Assembly: GCA_964036045.1 (NCBI GenBank)
Contig: OZ038378.1
Span: 4,588,001 to 4,652,000 of the forward strand
Length of the DNA: 64,000 nucleotides
Reading direction: 5' to 3'
Origin: Eutreptiella sp. 'Long Island Sound 2002'
Taxonomy: Eukaryota > Protista > Euglenida
Made by a program: the position numbers and the translations under genes. The notes beneath the pieces are model-generated. The model ran no database searches and was not told the DNA's origin. It was given only the letters and a program-made list of their open reading frames with translations. This document shows positions 21,687 through 34,393 of the stretch, piece after piece (the stretch's first letter is position 1; each line of letters starts with the position of its first letter).

Positions 21687-22318
21687 TTACTCAAAATGTC
21701 CTGAAGAAATAACATTATTCCCACAAGTGTGGGTGTCAATACATTTACTACAATAGCGCTCCTTACACTCACCACATACTGTGACGGTGGAGTGCTTGTG
21801 ACAACACAACGTACAAAATTTTGCCTCATCCTCTCCCTCATCTTGCGTGGCCAAACATGAGGCGGAACATGGTTCCATGGTCCACAAGGAGGGTGCGGGA
21901 CTGGCCTCCGAATGAAAAACTGAGAAGGATGCAATAAAACGGATTGATTGGTGCCACTCATGAGGGTTGCCATGCCAAATGTTCCTAACAAAGCCCCAAT
22001 GCCACAAGCGAGCAAATAATTGCTCAATGCGTGCGCGATACCACCCATGTACACCATTATACCATATACCCATGTACACCATTGTTGCCGGGCTGTCAAA
22101 GTTCCATTCTTTCGTTCAATGAATCGCACGATGACATGAGTCCCGCCGTTATAAGCACCATCATGGCCCCCAACTTCAAAATCGAAGAAACCGCCTCAAG
22201 TACAAGAAGGACCATACCCATCCCAAATAAGAACATCGGCATATGTCCCAAGGGCCAACGGGCAAATCCATACAATGTTGCCCAACATATCAATGGCAAC
22301 TGTGACCTTAAAATTTGA
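21687..22318 (-). pseudogene. PIF/Harbinger-type (DDE_Tnp_4-like) transposase relic with C-terminal Cys-rich finger
   Basis: Cross-frame translation: NFKVTVAIDMLGNIVWICPLALGTYADVLIWD..(stop)..GHDGAYNG..LTARQQ / YNGVHGWYRARIEQLFARLW / GPWNHVP / CTLC-x8-CGEC-x4-CSKC-x3-HTC. A short duplication near 22044-22083 shifts the frame. Confidence 0.7.
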
Positions 22319-22779
22319 TTGGCGACAAAACCCCTACTTTCTCGGGGGTCCCCAATGGAAGGGGACAAACTCAGAACTGGCTACATCGCCCCCGCGTTCT
22401 TGGGGGTATATTGTTTAATAGGGGGGGGGGGGGGGCAAAAAACAAAAAAGGCCCGGGCGGGGAATGGTAAAAAAAGATGCCCGGCACGCGCCCAGCGCAC
22501 TAATACTCCCCCTCTACTTGCAAACACGACACGTTGCTCATGTGTCCGTGGCACCACAGAATTGAACTATGACACCCTACTGTAAACCTGATTTGGAAGA
22601 AAGGGACACCCAGGGAACATCGTTTCGATGGGTCCACTGACGCGTGGCACTGCACTGGATGTTTTGAGGACAAATATGGTTTGTATAGGCAAGAAAATTG
22701 CTAATTGCCCGAAATTCCCCAATTTCTCGCCATGAAATGCGCGTTGTGCGTGTGCTGTGCAAACCCCCGCCACCCCCAC

Positions 22780-23010
22780 ACACACACTTCGACTCTTGGT
22801 TCACTCCCACTTCACTCGCAGGTTACACCAATTTCACACCTACTTCACTCATTTTGCATTCACACCTCACTCCAACTTCACTCCAACTTCACTTCCACTT
22901 CACTCCTCCCTCATTGTCACTTCACTGCCACTTCACACCAATTTCACTCCTGCTTGATTGCCACTGCACTTCCCTTTCAATCCCACTTCACTCGCACGAC
23001 ACTCCCACTT
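22780..23010. repeat. Degenerate (CACTT/CACTC)n low-complexity tract
   Basis: Directly visible; explains the His/Thr/Leu-rich ORFs here. Confidence 0.8.
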
Positions 23011-23483
23011 CACCTCTCTCTTTGTCTCTGCTTCAAATTTATGCCAGTATTGCTGATCCACACAATTTCAGGTGGGAAGCTCACCATGACATTGAACCTC
23101 GAGTACAACACATGGGTGGCTATTCCTCAGATTAATTCAATAGCTTTCTTTGAAAGAAACCTTCATGCCTTGGTCATGATGTTGTCTGCTTTGTGGGTAT
23201 TGTTAAAAGCAGGCACTGTGAAAGCAACTGTCAACACAAGTCAGAGAGCCAAGAACACCCTCTTTGTCCAGATGGGGTATGAAGAAGTTCAACCGATCCA
23301 CTGCAAGGAAATCCAACACTACTGCCTCAACTACCTAGGCAAGCCGAATTCAAGGTCGCCAAGTTCCCAAGGATCTAGTTCTCATGGTTGTGTCTCAGTT
23401 TGCGTGAAGAGAATCAATTGTTCGGTGGTGGAGGCATCGGTCACAATCGCAACTAAATCCTCTACTCAGCATTCTTCCGCTGA

Positions 23484-23486
<3 letters not shown>

Positions 23487-23526
<40 letters not shown>
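23487..23526. repeat. (AG)20 microsatellite
   Basis: Directly visible. Confidence 0.95.
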
Positions 23527-23529
<3 letters not shown>

Positions 23530-25641
23530 CAGAGATAATGCTCACCTCAATGCTAGAAGGGCATGGGTTCAATCCCCTCTACCTCTACGCCTATGGCTAT
23601 CGATAAAGGAGACCCGTGATGAACCCATGTTTTTGTTTTCCTTTGCCAGGGTGTTTGCCCACTCGTGGAAAAGTCCTCAGTTTGTGAGAAAACAGCACAC
23701 CCCACTGAGTTTTTGTTGTGGATCCTGAAGAACCCCCCCTGAAATCTGCTACACAGGGGTGGGCGTGCATATTGGGTCACCAATTGTCAACAGTGTGGGT
23801 CCATTCTGAGCGAGGTCTGAGATGTTCCTTCTATGCGGGGGCACCTCATGCGCATACGCACATCTTGGGTCTTGTTCCACATGCCCACCCGAAGAAATTG
23901 AAAATGACATGCCAATGGGCAGCAAGAACTGCACGCATTTCCCCTTCTTGAGCGAAGGGGCGTCCTCTGACAAAGGAGACGGAGAACCACTGGTGAGGGG
24001 CGACACAGATGCCTTTGCACTGAGCAGGTCAGGTCTGGTCGGGTGGCGCCATTGTCGGTGAGACCGCCCCGGGGGCTAAGCAGCAGAACGTGCCCGTGAT
24101 GCGCACACTCCGAATAGGGCCGGCCCCAGTGATTTGAGACAGGCAACCCCCGGCCCTGGGCCCCACCCAAAATGTTTGTCTGTCTTGGGGGATCCACGTG
24201 TTCCAGACCGAAAGAATCATCTGGCGGACGATTTTGCAAAGGGTTGGTTGAACAGCGTATGCTGTGTTAATACACCGCAGTCAAAGAGCAATGGTTTGCT
24301 CGCGCCTGCCCTTGATCTCACAAACCTCATCCAGGTCGATTTGCCGAGTTACAATGGGACTCACGACAGTGGCCTGTGTTGTTGCCCTCCTCCCGCCCAC
24401 CCTGTCTTGAATCAGCGTCTGCTCATGCCTCCACTCCTTGACAAGACCACAAAGAAGCTGCAAGCGTTGCCCTGCTCATTTCCTTCCTTCCCTGGGCCTC
24501 AGCTCACAACCCAGCACGCCCCACAAAACAAGATTCAGGATTCGGCTGACCGTTGAGCCGTTCGGCCCGCGTGTCCTCAGTTGGTGCAATCAACAAGGGT
24601 TTGTGGTCATTAAAAACAAAGACAAGACCACAGAAAGATCATAATGCTGCTCCTCACTTTTGGTTTTCACTGGTGATTCCGAACCATCCAGTTGTCTTTC
24701 GGTATTGGCAAACAGGTGCACCTAATGCCCCCTCCCCATTTGCACCACCCCAGAGTTGAATCAGCACAGCGAAGTGCACGCAGGACAACCATCGCACATG
24801 ACTTTGACAACTACAGATCTGTTTCACCTGTTTTCGAAATCTTCGATTTTTTCTTCCGCTTGTCACAAAACATGCCCTTGAAACGAGCAATACCCACCCC
24901 CCTTGTTTGGCAGTGCAGAATCCGTGGTGTACTTTGCGAACTTCAATTGCCTGCTTTCAATTTGATCGGGTGCTGCGGTGTTGCGATGTCCCTCTGGAAT
25001 CAGCGGCACCGAACCTGAAAAGAAGGAGGAACAAGGGATCACCAAGGGGAAAATCCACGGAAAATCGGCAATGCAAAGACACAAATGCATACATTGACAC
25101 GCGGACTTGACGCATGCAAAAGGCCCACACATCGCAGTTACTGGAGGCCCTAATACATGTGGACCCTGGGGGAACCTCCAGCACACAAGTTGCAAAGTAT
25201 GTTTTTTCCACTATCTTTGTATGCCCTCCTGCAATGGCGGTGCTGGGTCATCACACTTGTGCGCCTCAGCTGAATCCATAGCACCATCAACCGGAAATCA
25301 TAACTCCCATGGGAGCGATGAGGGATCGGCTTTAGCCAGTGTGTCGACTGGTCGATAGAGCTTGATGTGATTTGGAATTTGGAATTCCACATGTCTGCTG
25401 AGTGAATTTGCCACTTGTGACCAAAATGATCCACATCAAAACATGCAACCACGGAGGGTGTCTGTTTCAACAACTGAAGAAAGAAAAGCAGGAGAGGTTT
25501 CCCAGAAAGCCTCAAGGGGAGGGGGGAAACTGGAGGCAGGCGCTGCAGACGCAACTGGCCAACTGGGTGGTTTGGGGGACGCGCTGCCAGATTTGTCACA
25601 GGGCTGGGACTTTGTAGGGGGCCGGTCCATACTTGGCACTT

Positions 25642-26190
25642 ACACCTGCCAAGGCAGGTGTCGGCAGGTGTCACTAAAAATTTCGGCAGGTGTCACAAAT
25701 TTTTCTGGCAGGTGTTGGCAGGTGTCAGGCACTTTGGCAGAAGCACACGGAAACACACACACAGACACAATCCACGGACTTAAATGTAGAGGAAAACCAG
25801 GCCATGTTCTGCAAAAGAAAAGAAATATATCTTGGACTGATGGATTACGGACTGCACACAGACTGCCTCTTGCGACGTGGGAGCTGCCTGTGACGTGGGA
25901 GCTGCCTCTTGAGCCTCTGTAACCTTCTCTGTAGCTTCTGTAGGTTGGGAGGGACTGCTTGCTGGGGGCTGTTTATCCACCCGACGGTCCCTCTGAAAAA
26001 TGGGAAACATGATTCAAAGTGCCTGTGACACAATGCAACCAAAAATCACCACTGACAAAGGGAAGACGACACTGACCCCTGCACACATGCACACCACACA
26101 AGTCACAAGAAGTCTTGGCAGGTGTCGGCAGGTGTCACAAAGAGTTTTGGCAGGTGTCGGCAGGTGTCACAAAAAAGTTTTGGCAGGTGT
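25642..26190. repeat. Two clusters of GGCAGGTGT motifs
   Basis: Five copies at 25653-25727 and five at 26117-26190, plus one inverted copy at 25642-25650. Confidence 0.85.
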
Positions 26191-29100
26191 TAGCACCAAA
26201 TATGGGCCGGTCCATGTGGATCAGCCTTTGCTCCAACACAGCTGTCAGTTCCAATGTGAATATGGATTGTGGCAAAATAGTCGGGGGTGGCACTACTGGG
26301 CAGTGGATATTAGAAGGGCGCTGAACTTTCACCATTTTGATGCATATAGGCCTGTGCCACCTGTGCACAGTCCCCCCAGAACGCGCACCCTTGTCTCCCA
26401 ACCTTGGGGGAGCTGTCACCAAATGATGGCCAAGGAGGGGGGGGAGGGGCTATGTGCTGGGACTCTAACCCAATCTTTCCACTACAACTAGTTCGTAACT
26501 ACAGGAAAAATTTTCTTCGGCACCGAGGACCTTTAGAGAGAAACACATGCACCGTGCCTGTGTTCTTACCAGCCCATTTTGTGTATTTTCAGGGTGGCAG
26601 GGAAGCGGCGGCCTAAGGGGTGAGCATACAACAACAGAGGCCTCCACTCTACCTCCTCACCAACGGTGGTTGTGGCCGCCTACACCACCCGCCAGGGGAG
26701 GGCCGCAGGAAGAGAAGGAAGAAGAAGAACTCTCGGGTACAGCCGCTCAGACCGAAGAGCCCCGTGCCCCACAGGGTGCCCAAGCCTGTGAGGCCAATTC
26801 GGACGTTTCCCGTTTCGGTCTGCCCAATTCACTGAGGCACTTGTTTCGCGTTGTGCAACGTTGCTCAATGAGGTGCCCATTCCCATGATGCAACCGCATC
26901 CTCTGGATATTCACATCATCACTTATGAGGAGGCCCGTTCCTCCTCCTCAGCAGACGTAAATGATGAGCTCACCATGGGCGGGGGGCGGGGGCAGGATGG
27001 TGGTGAGGTGCAGAAAAAAGCACAAGGGGAAAGAAATGTTGTCCCCACACGTCGAAAACACACACACTGCATGTGCATTTCTCTCTAGGGAGGCAAGTGA
27101 CGGCGCCCCCTTGATGGGGGGGGGGACTGTGCAAGGGGGGTCTGTGGTGTAAAATGTGGTCCCGGTGGCTTTGGTAGTCCCACTGGTGGACTGGACTAAG
27201 GGAGGGCGGTGCACAGGTGCTATGAAGGGGAGGTGCGGTACTCAGGTGGCGTGTGTGCGATATATTACCCCTCTCCACTTCAATCTAGCTAGCAACAAGC
27301 AAGCAACAAGCAAGCAAGCAACAAGCATGTCATCATCCTGTTTTGGCCTTGACTCCATCCCAATGCTCCGGGCTCTACTCTACTGCAGCCATCCTACAGC
27401 CTGGGTGGCGTTGGCCTTGCCACATCCAAGTTGTGAGGTTTTGAGGTAGTTGACACCAGAGGAGAGGGAAGAAGGAACCAGGCAAATTCTGCACAACTCC
27501 TGAAACACCCAATGTATATAGAGCAATTTGAGTGTATACACGTAGGGTTGAAAAACATTTTTACCCCATGCCATATGCCCGGAAAACTTCCTTCGGGGCC
27601 TACAGCGCCAGCAATTTCCTCAACCAGGTCACCAGAGAACAACTACTCCAGGCGCAGAACGCACACCCCGTGGACCTGCACCAGGCAAAAATCTGCCAGC
27701 AGCAGACCGCGCTGGCCCAGGACGCTAGCCTCCACCAGCTCTTCTCAAATGGCAGAAAAGTGGTTACAAGAACTTTAGGGGGGTCTGGAGGGGAAGGAGG
27801 GGGGGGAGGTATCTTCGAACGGGCCGCACCCCTCACACGCCGCTTTCTTTGTTGGTTGCCGTGTACTTACTCCCTAGAGGCACTGCTTGTATGCTAGAAA
27901 GCACTACCAACTTGCTTGAAATTCCCCAGATTTATTTCTGGGTGCTGTCCTCATGTGCACCTTTATCCATGGTGGCACTGGATTCTGTTTGAATGGCACA
28001 TCATTGGCTCTAATAGTATCCAAGGTCCTGTGCACAATCACCATCCGTAGGAAATGCACAAGCCCATGCCCCAGGCCCAGGCCCATGTCTCTGAAGCCCA
28101 TACAAAATCAAAGGAACGATTGTTGGCGATACGCCTGCCTCTGCCATAGTGGGCATGGTGGTCTGCCTGCGCTGGACAGGCAACCAGGCTGAATGGCGGC
28201 CTGCCGAATTATGGTTGTGATGATCTTGAACATCTTTTGAGGTGGAAAGAATGATTGCCAGGTGAACATTGCTGCCATACACAGAGGGTAAACGCCCCCA
28301 TTTGTTGCAAAGTGCTTTCTGAGGCACCGCAAGACATGTTTTTGGAAGCCTTTTTGTTTCTTGTTCGCCCGTTTTGGGACTGTATTGACACCTGAATGCA
28401 ACACTTCAACATGTTCGTGTTTGCTCGTTACAAGAGTCCAGAAAAACGACAAATGCGCACCTGATGCCCGTTTCGCATCACGTGATGACTTGACTTCACA
28501 CCAGCGATGCCGAGCAGACCTCGGCAGTATGATGTTACAGACTCAATGTTGCTGCCTCACCATATTTCTCAATACACCTGAAGCAGCAAGCAGGTTCCTG
28601 AAATAGAGGGAGCCACAGTTGAGTACCTCCTCAACTGCACAGTCACGATGCACAACACCAGACTTCAGTCGTGCGGAACGGTACTTTGGGTCCTGGTGTT
28701 ACTGTTGTGCAGCAGCACCGGTTATGTCCCACTTACATTGGACAAAACAACCATGTTCGACAGGGCTCGTCTTGAGAATGTACCCATCACTTTGTGTGCT
28801 GTATGAGGACGTTGGATGGTATTCGGAGGATGGAGAAAACAGGCCTTTGTCAAAATGAGCACATGCCAATGACCATGCCCATGCAAGCATCCAGCCCATG
28901 CAATGCCAATACCAAATACAGCCTGTGTTTCGCCATTTTGGTTACTTTTCGTTCCCTGTGTGTTGCTGTCCAATGCACCCCCATGCCATTCCCTCGGTAT
29001 CATCCCAGCTGGGTGCGTATGCACGCCCTTTGAGAAAACCAAAACATGAGCAATAGCCTTGTTTGTTCCCATAAATTGGGGTGATGACGAGGTGCTGCTG

Positions 29101-30506
29101 GGTCACTTGCTATGGGACGAATGACTAGGGAGTGCAAAAAAAAAAAGGTAAAACGGACAATATAAGCCAAAAAAATGCAGACGTTCGGACGTGTATGGTA
29201 TAACAATGCGTCAACATGTTGGACAAGTGCCAAATAAATCATCTATGCAATAGCACCCGTACCCAACAGTGCGTTCAATGTTCAATGGCTGGCGATGAAT
29301 AATGAAATCAGCACCGCGCCAAAGGAACCGCCACGCATGAAGCGTCAGAATCTGCAAAGAATCTGCAGTTGTCAATCCAACGCACTGTTGGTAACTGTAT
29401 GCAACGAGCAAACACCGTACAGACGTAGCACAGTTTGCACAAGTCTCACCAGATCGATCAAACAGCCAGAAAGATGTGACCACAGGACGACTCACCACGT
29501 TTCAGCATGGAGAGAGCAGTCACGTGTGTGATCCTAACGAGGTTCACACAGACACACACATGCCGAGGAGTGGGGGGGGGGGGGCGGACGGAGGGGGGGA
29601 GGGAGAGAGAAATACGCATGGGCAGGTATGCAAACAAGCACAAAATTAGATGTGAGTCAAAGCAGCACCCATTACAGCCGCATACACACCAACGGTCACC
29701 AGGAGAGACCCCATGTGCTGTGCACAATACGCCGGCATGATGCGTACATCCAGAGACACGGGTTCTTTCACATGGGTCCGAACTGCGTTTCACACTACAG
29801 CTCAGCAGCGAAATATCCTGTTGCCGAAGGGACCACGCAGGCCACCACTGATGCGGTGTTGACTGGTGGTCCATACACAGGGGCTTGTTGGTGGTGATCA
29901 GGCTATGAGTATGCGTCCTGTGCTTCGCAGGTCACAATCGGTGTTCACAGCAACAACAAGGATGTAGGTGAGACCGCCGGCAGCCTTCGCCCGTTCAACT
30001 TCACTCAACTGCAAGGGAGCTGCTGAATCGATCACTGGCTGAGCTGGGGGCATGACACTACCGTAGACCAGTCTGTCTGTTAATGTTTATCCGGTCAACA
30101 CGAAATACACAGGATTTCAGGGGATACATTGGATACACACACAAAAGCACTTCTGGGACACAACACACCCAATACGCAACACACCCAGTGCCCAACACAA
30201 CCAGTGCTGCAGCGGCACCAGGGTTCATCAGGTTTGCTTGATGAGTGCTCTCCGCAGTGCAGAGCAAACATGAATGATGTGAACCGTCCTTAAGGGACGG
30301 TGGCGAAAATTGGGGGGGGGGGGACCTGCGCCATCGAAAGGGAAACAGAATTTGGTGAACAACAACACATCGTCGATGTCGTTGTCACTGAGGCAACCAA
30401 GAAATTTGGCAAAAAAAAAAGTGAATCTGGCAAAAAGGTTGACTTTGGTGAGCAGCACAGCCCCTTGCCTTCGACCTGTGCACGCACGTGTCGCCAGTGG
30501 CCACAC

Positions 30507-33500
30507 CTGTGCACTTCTGCAAGCACGTACTCCTGCCGCAGAGTCAGTCCCTCATAGAATGCGTCCATGTCGCGGTCTGACATGTGGTTGAAAAATCTCA
30601 GATCCGCGGCGCCGCTGCATCCCAAGCTGTGCTTCACCAGCAAACCCAATGGTCCCCTTCGGAGGGCCTGCGCGCCGTGAGCAGTGGGCCGCAACACACC
30701 CACGCCATAAACCCGTCGGACTTTTCGGAAACGGATTCAGGCCATCCGAGGCCGCAGCCAAAGGGAGGGCCCTGGTTGTTGTGGGCGTGGGGCCAACTCC
30801 TCTGCCCCGCCCACATCCTCAGCATTTCACTGCCACCGCACTCAAACGCAACAGGAAACGGTCGCCACCGAAAAAAGCAGACACTCAGCAAGCGCCACCA
30901 ACGGCGGGTCTTCCCGTGGCGTACCTGCACCATGCTTTTACTGAACTTGCAGGCGCGGCACATCATCTGGAGGGTCTTTAATCCGCCGGTTGGGTCTGAG
31001 GCGAAGGTGCTGAACGCATTGCCATTGTCCAAGAAGATAAAATTTGGGCGGGGTCGCCTGGCAGCACGGGATGGGGCATGCGAAGGGGGCGGGGGTGGAG
31101 TGCGCATACACGTGGGAAGAGCGTAGGCAAATGGGGGTGAGAAAGCGGCGGGAGGGAGCCGTGGGCCCGTTCTGCTGCGAACAACCCCTCCACTAAAGCC
31201 ATCGAGGAGCGGGGGGGGGGGGGGGGGCAGAGTTCCACTTGGGGGGGTGGGTGGGTGCCCCCCCCCCCCCTCCCCTACTGGTCCCCAAATAATGGAGGGC
31301 ACAGGGCCAAAGAAAAAATTTTGGGCCTAAACTGACTGGCGCTGAAGGCGCCAGAGAAAGATTTTGATTGGCCAAAGGCCTGGAGCAAAATTTGGCCCCA
31401 TCGCTTCAGCGGGGGGTAAGGTAAGGTAAGTTGCTCGGGCGATCTCCGAACTCCAGCGTATCAGTGATCCCTACCTGTCCCTCGCAGCATCCCTTCCGGC
31501 TCGCGGGGTCACCGACACCCTAGCGCCTAGGACACTACGTTCCTCCCCCACCGGGGTTCGAACCGACGCTGTGTCCCTTCCGGCTCGCGGGGTCACCGAC
31601 ACCCTAGCGCCTTGGACATTGCGTTCAGCCTCCACCGGGATTCGAACCGAGCACCTTTAGTTCAGGCGTCACGTGCATGACCGCTGAACTACGAGACCTT
31701 TGTCGCTTCAGCGGGGGGGGGGCTAGGGGGGGGGGGGGGGTCTGGACCTTACTGGATTGGATTGGATTGGATTGGATTGGATTGGATTGGATTGGACCTT
31801 CGCTCTTTTCGGGAGGACCATCCCAGGGTCACAGGCCACGCAGCCAACTAGGATCGTGACTCCGACATACGAACAGCCCCGTCTGGACCTTGCTGGTGCT
31901 GAGTTGTTAAGTGGACCTCTGGGGCGGGGGGGGGGGGGGATCACTCCTTGACAGCCGCCATCACGGGTTCAAGCGGCACGGATGGCGCGGAGCGAGTGAT
32001 GCCTGCCCCGGGCAAATCATGCTCCACCAAATGATGCTCGCCCCAGACAAAGTGACGCCCGTCCGCAATAAAACGACGCCCGCCCAGGGCAAAATGGCAT
32101 GGTCACCACCGGCCGGGAAATGCTCGAAAGTGATGGGTCCCAAGAGGAGGGTACACATGATACTCTCCCACGAAACACCTGCTTTGACTTGGGTGCACCC
32201 AGCACATGACTGTCGTGACCATGGCCTGTTTGGAAAAATGGATCAAAAACGGGTGCACAATGAATGTTTCCACCACGGCTCCGAACCCATCGCGGATACT
32301 AAAGCCTGTATTTTTGGGACAGAACCTCCTGACGTTGACCCTGTCTCTCCACATATTAATGCCGGAACAATTTCAATGTGCCCATGGTAGAAGGGTGCAG
32401 AGTGAGTGAGGCCCCCAGTTTGCGAAACGATCAGCGGTCGAGGGTCTCTGCACCTGAAAAACAAGTCATTTCCGCCGGCGTATAGCCGGTCCCAATTATT
32501 TGTGAGGTAGCTGAATATGATGGCCTCAGAGGAGATCATCCAGTCAACCCTCTTGTCGATCGGCGGGGGGTCTGCCGAATGCGTCTGCATGCACCACTGG
32601 GCCGGCTTGCCCTCATAATCATATGGGCCGATCTGAATGTGGCGTTTGAACTTCAGGATGTCACGGTCCAGATACTGCATGGACCCCGCAACCTGAGCAG
32701 GGATGGGGCGTAGGGGTATGCGTGGGCCTATGTATGGGAAGGGGCATGAAGGGAGGCACGGCCGTGGGCACAGGAATAAACAGGGGCATCGGCACAAGTA
32801 GAAGAATGCGCATGGGCACGGGCATAGGCATGGCATACGCATGGGCATCGCCCGGGGGACAAATACAGACCAGGCATGACAAGGCGAAGGCAAGAGCACA
32901 GACACGGGCATAGGTATGCGGCACGGGCCTTGGCACAGGCAAAGGCACGGGTACAGCCATCAGCACAGGGACGGGCATCGACCGGGGCGTAGACACGTAG
33001 GCGGCGCCAACGTGTAGGCGCGGGCAGAACCATGTGCATAAGACAAAGACATCAACACAGGCGTAAGGAAGGCACCAGCACAGGAACAGGCAAAAGCGTG
33101 GCATCATCACAGACAAAGGAACGGTGCAGCGTTTGGGCACGAGCGTGCGCACAGGCAGAGCAGAACAGCTCGCAGCCCGTTGCGGAGGCCTTGCCATGCT
33201 GCTCGGTTGGCACCCCTCGAACAGCCCCGGTGCGTGCGTGGTCGGCATCCTGCTCACGTCCCGGGTCTCTCCCTGACCCCCCCCCCCGGAGATGAGAGAT
33301 TGTTGAACCCTTGTCAGCATGTGGAGCAATTGTTCAGTCGAGCGGCGCATGTGGCCTCCATCTCCAAAAAAAAACAAAACCGTCACTCCCTGGACCCCTC
33401 CTCAGTGTAGGCCTGAGCAGCCCGGGTGTATACCGCACCCTCCTGCACCATCTTGGGCCCCGGGTTTGCCATAAGTGCGGAGGCGGGTGGGTGGGTGGCG

Positions 33501-34043
33501 GCCAGCCAGTGGCCCAGCAGAGCGGGAGAGGGGGGGGGCTAGGGCTTTTTTTCGGGAGGAGGGGGGGGTGCTGCGATGGATGAGAGCCACCGAAACTGGC
33601 TGTGTGACCCGCCAAGAAAATGAGAGTGCTGACAGGTGCGCCGCAGGATGTGGGTTTCACTGTTGTTCCCCAGCAAGCAAGCTCCTCGTAGTGATGAAAT
33701 GCCTCGCAACATCCTTCCACTCGACATGTCTGTGGCGAAACGCTGGGACTTTGCAATGGTGCAAAGCCTTGGAAACCTGAGATTGGTTGGGGTTTGATTG
33801 AGTCAAGGACATCTGCAAGACGGCGTTCCAAGATGTTCTGTCCACATCACCAGGTGTCAGGAAAACGCAAAGGGGTCCTCCCTAATGTACGTGAAGACTG
33901 GCACAGGCCAAGCTCTGAACTGGATGCCCCGGCCTGAAGGCGTGTGCGCGGACCAACCCAACTGCCCCATGATCTGAGCTGGTGCCTTTGCCACAGACAC
34001 CAATGTTGGCACCCGCTCTCGCCCCAGCCGCACTATCCTGGGC
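30507..34043 (-). CDS. Four-jointed (FJX1)/FAM20-like secretory kinase domain, spliced (core exons)
   Basis: GT-AG exons 34043-33891 (GVCGKGTS..ASLH), 33776-~33685 (VSKALHHCKVPAFRHRHV; donor unclear), 32692-32454 (VAGSMQYL..IFSYLTNNWDRL), 31057-30925 (FIFLDNGNAF..CRACKFSKSMVQ) and 30667-30507 (..SL..LTLRQEYVLAEVHR). Phases match at 33891/33776, 32454/31057 and 30925/30667. Motifs parallel FJX1 FDYLTANFDR/FLDN and FAM20C DNG..CRIRKST. Confidence 0.75.
31417..31702 (-). mobile_element. tRNA-headed SINE-like insertion with 16-bp TSD and (CTTAC)3 tail
   Basis: TSD TCGCTTCAGCGGGGGG at 31401-31416 and 31703-31718. Minus strand begins GGTCTCGTAGTTCAGCGG (A box)...GGTTCGAATCCC (B box). Internal ~90-bp tandem duplication includes a second B box. 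Confidence 0.85.
31756..31880 (-). mobile_element. Short 5'-truncated non-LTR/SINE insertion with (TCCAA)n tail
   Basis: Flanked by GTCTGGACCTT(A/G)CTGG at 31740-31755 and 31881-31896 (one mismatch). About eight TTGGA units on the + strand. Confidence 0.7.
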
Positions 34044-34393
34044 CTGGAGGGGGGGAGGGGGGGGCGGAAGGCGGGCAGGTCCCTGGTCCACTGAGCCCAA
34101 AACCCTGTGATGGCACTGGACAGACGGGAACAATGGCCGCACAGGCCCACGAAAACGGGAAAGAACCGGAGGAAAAAAGGGCGGAGTGGCTGGCACGCTC
34201 ACGCCCACCCACCAACCACCCCATTCCTCCCCATCCCACCCACAGCCATGGGCCCTCCCGTCCCCTGCGGTTTGGGCACCTGCAGCAACCCGGGGAGAAA
34301 CGGGTGCCCATGCAGCGGCGGGCGGGCGGGGAGGGGGGAGGGGGGGGGGGGGGGGCTCGAGAGAGCCCTCCAGCCGGACCCCCCCCCCCGCCA

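Larger units (their letters stand above)
31211..31940. repeat. MITE-like host repeat interrupted by the two insertions; sister copy at about 37336-37610
   Basis: Both copies have a G-run followed by CAGAG(TTC/CTT)CACTT at one end, a GGCGC..GGCGCC core, and GCTGAGTTGTTAAG (31898-31911; 37571-37584) at the other. Confidence 0.6.

Noticed and set aside
32243-32911. 222-aa ORF as a single-exon gene
   Set aside because: Only 32692-32454 is coding-like and bounded by AG/GT; the rest is a degenerate GGCAYR intronic repeat.
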